Positions 13,901 through 25,900 of a stretch of DNA of 64,000 bases are shown here, in pieces. The notes below the pieces were generated by a model, which did no database searches, was not told the origin of the DNA, and saw only the letters and a program-made list of their open reading frames with translations. The position numbers were made by a program, and so were the translations under genes. Source of the stretch: Eledone cirrhosa (lineage: Eukaryota); the NCBI GenBank assembly GCA_964016885.1, contig OZ024741.1, forward strand, positions 357,306,001-357,370,000. Reading direction: 5' to 3'. Each line of letters begins with the position of its first letter. Position 1 is the first letter of the stretch.

Positions 13901-16900
13901 ATGAACACAGCCAAAGGTGTGCGCAAAAGATTGAGAGGCGCATGATGGAAGCGTTCGCGGAGGGACTGTTAGCCACTTTTGCTAAGCTGACAAGAATTAG
14001 ATGGAACGGTGAACGCGTTGACATTTTCGCAGTGGAAATACGGCGACTGGCCATGTTGGCTGGATATCAGGCGGAATGTGAACACACGGTGCAGTTGGCG
14101 TTTATAAATGGATTTCCAGACGACGTAGTGGTGAAACTACAGCAAGTCCCGGGTTACAAAGAAATGGAGATGCGTGCACTGGTGGAGCAAGCCGGCATCA
14201 TAGCAGAAAATGCCAAGAAGAGTGTCGCGGCGATAGCAACTACAGAGGCCCAAGGCAGCCGGCAGCGAACTGGTGAAAGGGAGGCAACCACGGCACGCGG
14301 TCGACCGCGAACGTTTAGAGGTCGCTGTTTTAGGTGCCAGGGCCCGCACATGGCGAGAGACTGTAGAGAGTCAAGGCCGGAAATAATATGTTACCGGTGT
14401 AAGCGACCAGGCCACATCGCTACTAGTTGCAACCAGGGAAACGATCCAAGGGGAACTACTGCGCCGGTAATTGCCCCTTACGAGTAGAGGCGCTGCCCGT
14501 GGTGGAAGTCTTCGTGAGGGAAAGCCACAGCGAGCCCTCGTGGACATGGGTTGTACGACGACACTGGTGACCGCGGGGGTAGCGCAGAGGTGGAGAGGGA
14601 AGAGCAGCGTAAGGGCAGTCGACGGTAGGAAAATTGAATGCCGAGGTTGCAGCGAGGTGGAGATGGCGGTACGGGAAAGGAAAATAAGGTTTCTGCCATC
14701 GTAGTCGACAACGTGGTGGATGGGATCAGCGTGGTTATGGGCATGGACGCAATTGGCCGTCTAGGAGGCGTCACAGTGAACAACGTTGGTGTGTCGTTTG
14801 GCGGAGCCGCATCGGTATGCGCTGTGAGTATGCGACAGGAGAACCAGAAGGCCCACGAGGAGAAATACCCCGCTTACACTGTGCAGGACAAAGACTTCAA
14901 GACCATGTTCGATGGACAACGATGGGTTGTTGAGTGGTACTGGAAGGGAGAACCACCAACACTGAAGACCAAAGTGGGCTGCTATCAACACACATTGAAG
15001 GGAGACATTAGGAGCGAGTTCGAGCGATAGGTAGAGAGATGGATTGAGGAGGGCATACTGCTTCCCTGGAAAGAGGAGGTGAAGTGCGGAGTATTGCTGT
15101 TAATGGCGGTGACGCAACCCACGAAGAACAAGGTGAGGTTGGTGATGACTTTCGGGAGCTGAACGAGCACGTGTCATGCCACACGGGTGGCGAAGTCACG
15201 GATGTCTGTGGTGAAACCCTATGTGAGTGGAGACGCATGTCGGGGGCTTCCGCAATCGTCGATCTAAAGTCGGCATACTTACAATTACACATAGATGAGA
15301 AGCTCTGGCAGTATCAGCTGGTCATGTATAAGAGCCGGACATATTGCTTGATCAGGCTTGGTTTCGGGCTGAGCTCTGCACCGAAGATCATGGCGGCAGT
15401 CCTCAAGACCATTCTGGGAAAGGCTGACAAGATGAAGAGGGCCACTAATTCCTACATTGACGACATCCTAGTGGACGAGTCTGTAGTGTCGGCGCCAGAG
15501 GTCATGAGCCATTTTAGGGGTATGGACTGGCAAAGCCGTCAGAAGCATTGGAGGGAGGAGCCGCGCTGGGACTTAGGCTACGGCGAGACAGGACGGGCGT
15601 GTTAGTATTCCAGAGGGGAAATGAAGTTCCAGAACTGGGCCCAAGCATGAGTAGGCGGGAGCTTTTCTCGGCGTGTGGAAAGTTGGTGGGTCACTACTTG
15701 ATTGCTGGGTGGCTCCGGACGGCATGCAGCTATGTCAAGAGACGAGCGGGCGGGGTGACTTGGAGTGACAGAGTGAAGGCCGACGACCCAGTGCGGGGAT
15801 GCTGGTATGTTCCCAAATCGCAGAGCGGGACCGTATGGTGCGATGCCAGCAGCATAGCGCTGGGTGCCACGTTGGAGATAGGAGGTGTTGAGGTCAAGGA
15901 TGCAGCCTGACTTAGGAAGAAGAATGATTGCAACCACATCAATGTGGCCAAACTGGACGCGGTGTTGAGAGGGGTGAACCTCGCCCTGAGGTGGGGACTG
16001 CGCACCATCGATATGCACCGACTCGGCTACTGTACTCAGATGGGTGAGATCAATGCTCACCAGTGAGAAGAGAGTGCGAACGAGAGGGACGGCGGAGATG
16101 CTGCTAAAGCACCGCCTGGGAACTTTAGGAGAGCTGGCCACCGAGTTCGGCCTGAGGCTGAGCGTAGTTTACGTGCCCTCAGAGAAAAATAGGGCGGACG
16201 TTTTAACCAGGGTGAAGAAAGCCTGGATGGAAGCGCCAGAGGAGGTAGAAGAGGAGATAGCTGCCGTGTGTTGGATCTGAAAGGGTTGCATGACATGCAC
16301 CACATGGGAGTGGATAGGACTCTGTTCCTAGCCAGGAGAATCGACTCGGACATTAACAGACACAGTGTTCAAAGAGTGGTTAGAGGCTGCGTCCGATGTC
16401 AGTCTATTGATTCCGCCCCGGGTGTGCACGAAACGGGAAGCCTCCCGGTGGATCGTGACTGGAAGCGATTGGCGGTGGATGTAACGCACTACCGACAGGG
16501 AACATACCTCTCAATGGTCGACTGTGGACCGGGACGGATGGCGATATGGAGGGAGATGAAGACTGGAACGGCCGAGGAAATCACGCGGGCGTTGAGAGAG
16601 GTGTTCTTGGAGCGGAGCCCTGTGGACGAACTGCTGATGGACAACAGTGCAGCGTTCCGCTCGGAGGCGCTGAGGGAGATGCTCGATGGATGGAAGGTGG
16701 ACCATTTCTTCAGAGCAGCGTACAGGCCAAGCGGAAATGGAATCGTGGAGCGACACCACCGAACGGACAAAGCAATGGCGGTGCGGGGCCACATCTCACC
16801 AGTGGAGGCAATGTTCTGGTACAACATGTCTCCTCGGGTGGGACAGGTTGAGGAATCGGTGCCACACAGAGCAGTATTCAGATACGAGTGGCAGCACCCG

Positions 16901-19900
16901 CGCACGCCATCACAACGGCCAGTGGAGAGAGAGAATGCATTCGTGCAGGTGGGCGAAGAAGTCTGGGTTAAGCCCCCAGATGCATGTTGCACATCTCAAT
17001 GGGGAAGGGGAACGGTGACGGCCGTAAATTCTCAGAACAATGTGTCCGTGGACGGAGTACCATGTCATGTCCTGGATGTCCGTAGAATCACTGTGTCAAC
17101 GGACTCCGAGGAAGAGGAAACCCAAAGTGCCGCCCCAACACTGCAGAGATTGCAAAGAAGTCGCAAACCACCAACCTGGACAGCAGACTTTCATATGCAG
17201 AAGGACGAGGGGGAAATTGATCCTTGAGATCAGGGGGGCATGTGGGTATGGTGTGGTGTGCGGTGGCTGGAGGCTGGGGAGTGCTCGACCGGAAGAGTGC
17301 TTGACCGGAAGGGTGCTTGGCCGGAAGGATGATCGGCCGGAAGGATGATCGACCGGAAGGGCCAGCAGGTCTGTCTCTCTCTAGGTGGTCAGCGAACGTG
17401 GTGGACGTCAGTCTTGGAGCTCCCGGTTAACACAAGTTGGATTGTACGCACGTGGGAGAGGAGAAACCAGCCATTGGATTAGCGGTGCCAGCGAAAGCGG
17501 TAAGTGAAGTAGCTTACTACTTTCCTTATCACTTTCACATGTTGTCCAAACCACTCTCATTGTCAGTGTAAGGGTAAACTTGTTGAAATTCTTGCTCACT
17601 CTCTCCATTGAATAAATATCATCAATAATTTCCTCAACTATAAAGAGTCTATGTCTTGCTTGTTTACCAGACGAAGTGCTGAGTTCTTCACACATTCATT
17701 TCATTCCAAAAACAAAAAAATTGTTTCTTATTTTAGATTAAAACAAAAGTAAACAATAGCTATAGGGGATGTCATTAACAATGCGTCATAAACACACGTA
17801 CCTATAAAGTTGCAATGTGACTGGTTATCTATTTTTAGTATTTTATCTTTTTCTACATGTGTTGTTCATTACCATTTTAACAGGAATCTGATAAAGATTA
17901 TCTTTAGGTTATTACCACTGTAGCAGGAATGCAATGCAACAGGATTAACGAAACAAACTGAATAACTTTGAAAATATACATATTTTTATAAAAATCATTG
18001 TATTGTTGTTTTCAGACCAAGCCAACAGGATACTGGTCAACAAGTTGAGTGTTTAGTTTATATTTGAGTGCAAGCATCGTCATGTATTTAACACCTCTTA
18101 TACCACTACTATTACACAAATTATGTTGGAATATTTCAATTTAAATAAAATTCTAAAATAGGTGGTTCCTTTTCATAGAATCTGAGGCAGTTTTTATGGG
18201 TTTGTATCAAAAGGATTAAATAAAATGAAAAAAATATAAAATATAATTTACCGAATTCAACTTTTGTTCTAAGCGACTCATGCGTGCAAGGCTCATTCCA
18301 GCCCAGGAATCCAATCGGTTAGGATTCACACAAATATCCAACATGTAGAACTTAATTGCTTTTCTGGAAAGATAAAAAAAAAAAAAGGGGGGGGGGGGAG
18401 TATGAATAATTTTTCATTGTAGTTTTTAAAGTGACAACAGAGAAGGTTGAAATTAAAAAGGGGTTTATCAGCACAATTCATACAGCTTGGAATAAGAAAC
18501 AATGAAAATGTATAAGAGCAGAAAAGTTTTAACTGTTCTACATATTACAGATGAAAATCAATTAAATAATATTCTTTCTTTCAATATTTATGGGCAATGA
18601 ATGTGAAGCAGCAGAGAAGGCTGGAAAGAAGGGAAATGAGAATGGTTTGGTGGACATGTGGAGTATCACTGAAGGAGAGGAAGACAAACAATGAATTGCG
18701 GAGGAAATAGAGCTAGAGATGAATATTGAGAAGAGAAATGGAATGAGATGGCTGAGTCAGGTGTTAAATAAGAAAGTGACTGGGTGAAAGAAGGGATGGA
18801 AATGAATGCGGAAGGAAACAGAGGAGAGGGAAACCAGGGAAGACAAGGTTAAAGCAAATGCTAACCCTTGGTTTACCAGGGAAAATGGCCTTAAAACGTT
18901 TATTTTTGTATTGTCTTTCTTTCATTATCATCATTTTAATATCTAGTCTTCTGTCAAAGCATAGGTTGAACAGTTCCAAAATACAAGCTTTCAATGTATT
19001 GAGAGCCCTAATATTCTAGGGTTTCATCTAACAACTTCTTTCCAACATTTCCTTGATCTACTTCTATTATACGTATATCCCATTATCAACTTACAGTACA
19101 TATTAGTATCATTCATTCAGTTATGAACCATTCACTCACATTTGTATTTATTCAGAGAAAATTACAATATAAAAATGTTTTAAATCATTACATTAGGTAT
19201 CTGCAGTATATATGACAAACTGATCAATGTAAGATAGGTTCCATAAAACTATGGGCTTTGTCTACACCATTTGACTCAGAAAAGACAAAAATACCAAAAT
19301 AAAAGTTATAGAATAGCATATTTCTCACGAAAGACATTATAATGTTTAAAATAATCAAGAATGGAGTGATTTTTGTAATAACTAACTTTCTCATTATTAA
19401 GCTTGTGTTTGAACATAAAGGTACATAAAATTATGATGGAAGGTTTTATTTAGATAAATACAAAGACTTTGAAATATACAGTTTCAAGTGGTTTGATATC
19501 AAAAGTTTAAAAGCATATGCGAAATAACTCTTTGGTTGTCATCACAAACAATGCCTAAGAAATATACATAATTATATTGGAATGAGAAAACAAAACATAC
19601 TAATAGAACCTAATTATTTGGCAACTAAAAAACAGGAAAGAAAAGAAAAACTTACACTTGCTCTTTGTTCTTGAAATAATAATCTGCCAGAATGTAGTAC
19701 AGCTCTTTGACAATAGCACTACAATAATAGAACAATACAACTGAGGGAAGGTAGTGGTAGTATTTTCTCAATAATACAATATAACTGGGGAAAAGTAATC
19801 TTCTATAAAGATCAGTCTCAAGTATTTCACATCAGAAATACAATTAGTTTAACACTTTTTTTTACCATATTTCTAATGAAAGATACTGCATTTGAATTAA

Positions 19901-22900
19901 TTAATGAAGAATTTGGAGGGATTTGCTAAAATTATTAATTAATTCGTTATTAGGATGGTATTTGTAACATAACAAAAGTTTCATATATAAAATTCTGTTG
20001 GAACTTTCATTACTATATATCTGTTAAAAAATCACTGGCTATGATTTTTAATTAATTTTGAAAATAATCAAGAATTTAACTAACTTTCTCATTATTAAGC
20101 TGGTGTTTGGAACAGAGGTTCTTACAAGGAAGATTTTTAGATAAATTTAAAGACTTTAAAACAAAAAGCTTAGTATCATAGAACCATAGTCAATTCAGGA
20201 GGTTTGATATCAAAAGAGCTAATTTAACTCAATTTTATGTAGGGAAAACTTTGGATATCTTGAAGATATATAGAATTTTATGTTTACTGATATGAATGGA
20301 TACATTGAACTATGATAATTCCAAAATAAATTTACGTTAATTATATTTATTAATTAACTTAGCTCTGACAAGATATAATGGTTTCTAATTGTGGCTCAAG
20401 GCCAGCAATTTATGGAAAATAGAAAATCAATTAAATTGACCCCAGCACTTGACTGGTGATTTATTTTATTGACCTTGAAAGAATTAAAGGCAAAGTTGAC
20501 TTTGGTCGGATTTGAACTCAAAATGTAAAGAACTGGAACAAATACTGCTAAGCATTTGTCTGACACTACATATAGGGTATGTGTTATTCATTATATGTAA
20601 ACCTTTTAAGCTTGGCCATCGAATTTACATGTAATGAATTATTTTCATTAGAGTATCGAGTACTAAGTTGAATGATAATTTAACTAAATAACATCATATC
20701 TATATAATTGAGTGTGTAGAGGAAACTAAGATGTAATAAGATAATTGTACATACGTTGTGACAGGTTTATCAGGAGGTATAGATGGTGGATCGTTGTGCT
20801 GTCCTTCAATGTAGGCAAGAACCGATTCATATGTATTAGCTTATAAAAGAAAAGAATAAAATAATTACCAAAGTTAACAAACTTATGATAACAAAAGGAA
20901 AGGATAAAAAAAATGATTTCAGCCTGTCTTTAGCATGATGAGCCACAAAATATTAACAATTTCCATTTAATAATTCATCTAAGAGTTTAATGTCACCAAG
21001 CTTGATTAATAATATTGGTGGATATCTTGTGTTTTCTTGCTCACATGTTCTCTCCTACTCAGTCAAATAACTTATTCATCTCTTGTGTGGTTCGTTTTTC
21101 TTCCAGTAGCTAAAACCTTAAAAGCTATTGGTATGGCCTTTAGATTCAATAGTTCTACTACACACTCTTATGCTGTTACAAATATGTATGTATGGACCCA
21201 TAACTCCATATATATGGTGTGTCTTGGGCACATTTTAAACCTGGCAGAGCCAATCCCTTCTTCAGGTCTGAACAAAGGCAATTTCTTCCAGAGAAAGAGA
21301 TGTAGAGGAAGACTCAAAACCAGTACTGGACTGGTACTTTCTTTATTAACCTTGGTGGGATTTGAACTCAGACCGCAGAGAGTTGGAATGAATATTACAA
21401 AGCATTCTATCAGACATTCAAATGACTGCCACTCAATGCTTTTGTTACAAATATATTTTGTAGCAAAGGCAGTGTCAAAACTTTTTAAAACCCCAAAAAC
21501 TACATCTTGCAAGACTAACTTAATCCATAAACCCTAAAACAAAAAGCTATCCATAGAAACTTTTAAAAATATATGATTTGAAGATTGAACATGCAGACAA
21601 TAACATGGAAGGAAAATTATTATATGCAATAAATAAATAAATAAATATACCTGGATTCTTTTCCTTTGGTACCAACAGAGTGATTCTGCGGGCTAAATTC
21701 TCCAGCTTCAATGATCAAGAATTATAATTATATTGTGAATATGATTATGAATTTTATAATATATATAATTGGAAAAAAAACTAACTGAAGAGAAGCAAGC
21801 AGTGTTAAAAACATTTATAAGTAATTACAATGTTTGCAGCTATCAGGGATTGGAGGAGATAACATAGGATTGTGTTAACTAGAAGACCCACCCAACATAC
21901 AAGCATTAAGATAAAAAAAAGGAGACAGAATTGCAGTGGGCAAGACAACCTCTCTAGTGTAGGTGTCATGATAAAATACACTCAGTACTCACTGTAAAGT
22001 GACTGACGACTGAATTGAGACAATATAGAGTAATGAGGTCTCTTTCGTCTCATCGAGGACAACCTCACTACTTTCACGCCATGATAAAATACATTCAGTA
22101 CAATCAATAAAGTAGTTAACATTAGGAAGGGCATCTAGCTGTATGAACCATGCCAAAATATGGAACATGAACAAAACATGGTTTTCAGACCTGTCTAGTT
22201 TGGCATCATGATGATCCGTCCAATCCATGCCAGCATAAAAAAGAGATATAAGATGATGTTGACGATTATATTTCATGTAATAAGATATTGGTGATACAAT
22301 CATCGCAATCAGTTGTATGTTCATTTTTCCATGCTGACATGGATTAGATGAGATATATTGAAGTAGAATTTTTACAGATGGATACCTTTCCTGACATTTT
22401 TTCTAAGTAAAGTATGGATGTTCTCTTTACACGTCTAAATACTGAGAAGTGAGTTTTTTTCTTTATGCACAACACAAACAAATATCACCACCTGCAATGC
22501 TGAATGCAAAGAGCAGAGAAGAGATAAACACACACACATATATATATAATGACCTTCTTTACAGTTTCTGTTTACCAAATTCACTCCCAAGGCACTGATA
22601 AGCCTGTGGCTATAGTCGAAGACACTCGTTCAAGGTTCCACAAAGTGGGATAGAACCCAAGACTCTCTAGTGGTGAAACAAATTTCTTAACTACATCTCA
22701 AAATTATAAGTTAGAAGAATAGTTTACCTCTCCTGAAACAGTATTTGTCTTGTAACTGTCAAATTCTGGTACAGTTTTAGGTTTGAAATAATCAAACAAC
22801 ACTTGAGACATTTCCCAGTTCAAATTAATCTGAAATAATCAATCAAATTGGAAATTTACAATTGTGCTACAAATGCAATTACTGAAAAAGAACATTTTGA

Positions 22901-25900
22901 AAGTAAATATGACTGAATGTATGTTAGCTTAAAGTTAATTGCTTCAACACAGGTTTTTGACTAGGAAAAATAGTCAAACCAGTTGGGTATATAAGCCCCT
23001 ACAGACAGAAAAAAGTGAACAACATTGCCTACGTAATGGTAACATAGCTGTCCAGCATAAAGTAAGTGCAAGTTCATGACCCACAGGCAATATTGTCCAC
23101 TTTTTGTTTCCTCAATTCATCTAGTCTTGGATGACCTGCACAACCCATGCCAGCATGGAAAATGGACATAAAATAATGAAGGCATATACACACACACTCA
23201 CACATATATATAAAGCTGTATATAGCTATGGCGCGGCCACACTCAGAATTTGCATCACCAGTCTGGAACCCCTATCTTGCTCAGAACATTGACCGCCTGG
23301 AAACTGTTCAGAAACTTGCAACCAAGCGAATACCCTCCATCAGGCATCTACCATACTCTGAACGCCTTGCTTCCCTGGGCATGGATACATTGAAGCTCCG
23401 ACGTCTGGCAACTGACTTGGTCAACACCCACAAAATTATTAACCATCTTGCCAACAACCCTGAGCACCTTTTTGATCTCCATGTGTCTAACACACGTGGG
23501 CATGCCAACAAAGTCAGAAAACAGCACAGCTCCCATGACTTTCGGAAACATTTTTTCACGCTCAGAGTTGCTGAAGCATGGAACAAACTACCTCCATCAG
23601 TTGTTAGCTGTCAAGACACTGCATCCTTTAAAACCTCCATGCTTCCTGAGATTCGCCAACACTATACCTGATGTCCCCCCTCCATACACATGTACACATG
23701 TATATCATGACTCGTACATTGTTCATTTTCCTGACATTTGTATATTATTCTATGTACTATACATGCACCTCTGATGAGTTGTAGTGCACCTGAGCACTGT
23801 ACACAATAATTTCCTTATTATTCATCATCATCATTTTACGTCCGCTTTTCCCTGCTTGCAAGGGTGGGATGGGTCCTATTCAGCACAGCATCTCTCCACT
23901 CGTCACGGTCCTTCGTCATCTCCTCCGTGAGTTTCAGCGATCTGAGCTCTGCTCTCACCACCTTCACCCATGTTTTTTGTGGTCTTCCTCTACTGCATTT
24001 TCCTTCTACTTGGATTTCTTGGCACTTCTTTACCCAGCAATCATCCTCCATGCGCATCACATGTCCATACCATCTCAATCTTCTCTCCTGCACACCACAA
24101 CTTATCCCTCTTATACCCAGTTTCTTTCTCAACTCATCTATGCTTGGTCGTTCACGCACATTGACATTGCACATCCAACAGAGCATGCTTGCTTCATTTC
24201 TCTCCATATATAATATATATTATTATATATCATCATTCATCATCTTTTTATTTTACGTCCGCTTTTTCCCTGCTTGCAAAGGTGGGACGGCAACTGATTC
24301 TGGCTTGATTTCTACAGCTGGATGCCCTTCCTAACACCATCCTCATTTACAGTGAGTGCTGGATGCTTTTTTGCCGTGGCACCTCCACGACCACTTTGCA
24401 GTGGAATGATATGGACCCCAGTCCCTATCATCTCATTTCTACAGCTGAGTAAACTGGAGCAATGTGAAATAAAGTGTCTTGCTCATATATATATACATAC
24501 ACACATACATACATATACACACACAAATACACATATATTTACTAATACTTTGAATATATACCTGCAATGCATTGTGATCTTGAAGATACTTGGATTTGCC
24601 CTTTTTAGTTGGATGTCCATACAAACAATAAATACATTGCTCAAAGGCTTGGTCAAGTTCATCTTTGAATGCATGCTTAGCATCTTCAGGATAGTGAGCT
24701 CTTTCCTCTTTGATAACAGACATGAAAAACACTAAAAGTTCTCCTTCTGATCTAGTACACCAGGAATGTCTGCAAAAATAAAACAATAATTATATATATT
24801 CTTTAAGCTTTACACTGCCATATTTCTAATGAAAAACATTTGCCTATGATTTTGGAGGGATTTAAGAATATAACTAATGAAAAACATTTACCTATGATTT
24901 GAAATAATAATGAAAATTTGAAATAATTTTGAAACTAATCAAGAATTTGGAGGGATTTAATAACACAACTAACTTTTTCATTATTAACAGTTGTTACCAT
25001 GTTTCTAATGTATGACACTGCCTATGATTTTAAAATTATTTCGAAAATAATCAAGAATTTGGAGAGATTTTGTAAAAAAAAAAAACTTTCTTATTTCTAA
25101 GCTGGTGTTTGGAATATAACAAAGGATTTTAGTTAAAATTAAGATGGAATGTTTTAATTCAGATATAAATACTTTTCAAAAAAACAAGCAGTTTTGACTT
25201 TAAAACCTAGGTTGGTTTCAGGTCTGCCCATTCCATTTATTTTTATTTTATCTCAGTCACAACAAAAACATCTCATGGTGATGAAAATGTTATTCATCAT
25301 TATCTATCTTTTGCCATTAGCTTCATTCTTATTGATCCAGATAAAAATAGCATCCATTACTCAACATCCTTTTTGAAGACAATATCTCCTTCAGTTAGTT
25401 ACAGGAAAATTCACCCAAACATCAATTTCATCTTAACCTCACAGTTTATTCTCTGAGCCCCAACAAGCCATGAGTGTCACTTTATATTGCCTTAAAGTTA
25501 AAGTTAATGCCTGGCCCAAGCCCAGGGATACATTAGGTCAGAGTCTACCCTAATTTCCTTGAATTTAAGCGACTGAAGGGACAAGACTCTCTTCTGGACA
25601 CCAGTCCGTTGAAGAGTTAAGCTCCTAGCTGCTGCTGCTGGTACTTATTTCTTTTCAGTTGAGTAGACAGGAGCAATATGAAATGAAGTGTGTTGCTCAA
25701 GGATATCGTGCACTGCCCATATGGGGATCAAACCCACAGCATTTAAGATCATGAGCCAAACACCCTAACAACTTCTTAAAGTGTACATAAACATAATCTA
25801 CACATTTCATACGAAAGAAGAGGTAATTTTGAACATTTATTTAACAATAGCACTTTCGGCAAGAGTCATCTACTATAGCTTCAGTGTGACCACTTCCTTG

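Larger units (their letters stand above)
13357..17515 (+). mobile_element. Compact Ty3/Gypsy LTR retrotransposon, decayed, antisense in CABIN1 intron 32
   Basis: Direct repeats 13357-13597 and 17241-17515 starting TGTGGG; PBS TGGCGACGAG 13723-13732; PPT before 17241; gag with two zinc knuckles; PR (ALVDMGC), RT (DLKSAY, FGLSSAP, YIDD), RNase H (WCDAS), integrase (HHCC, DDE); stops and frameshifts present. Confidence 0.93.

Noticed and set aside
21037-21537. Overlapping 166-aa and 114-aa ORFs
   Set aside because: Run through SINE sequence; chance ORFs.
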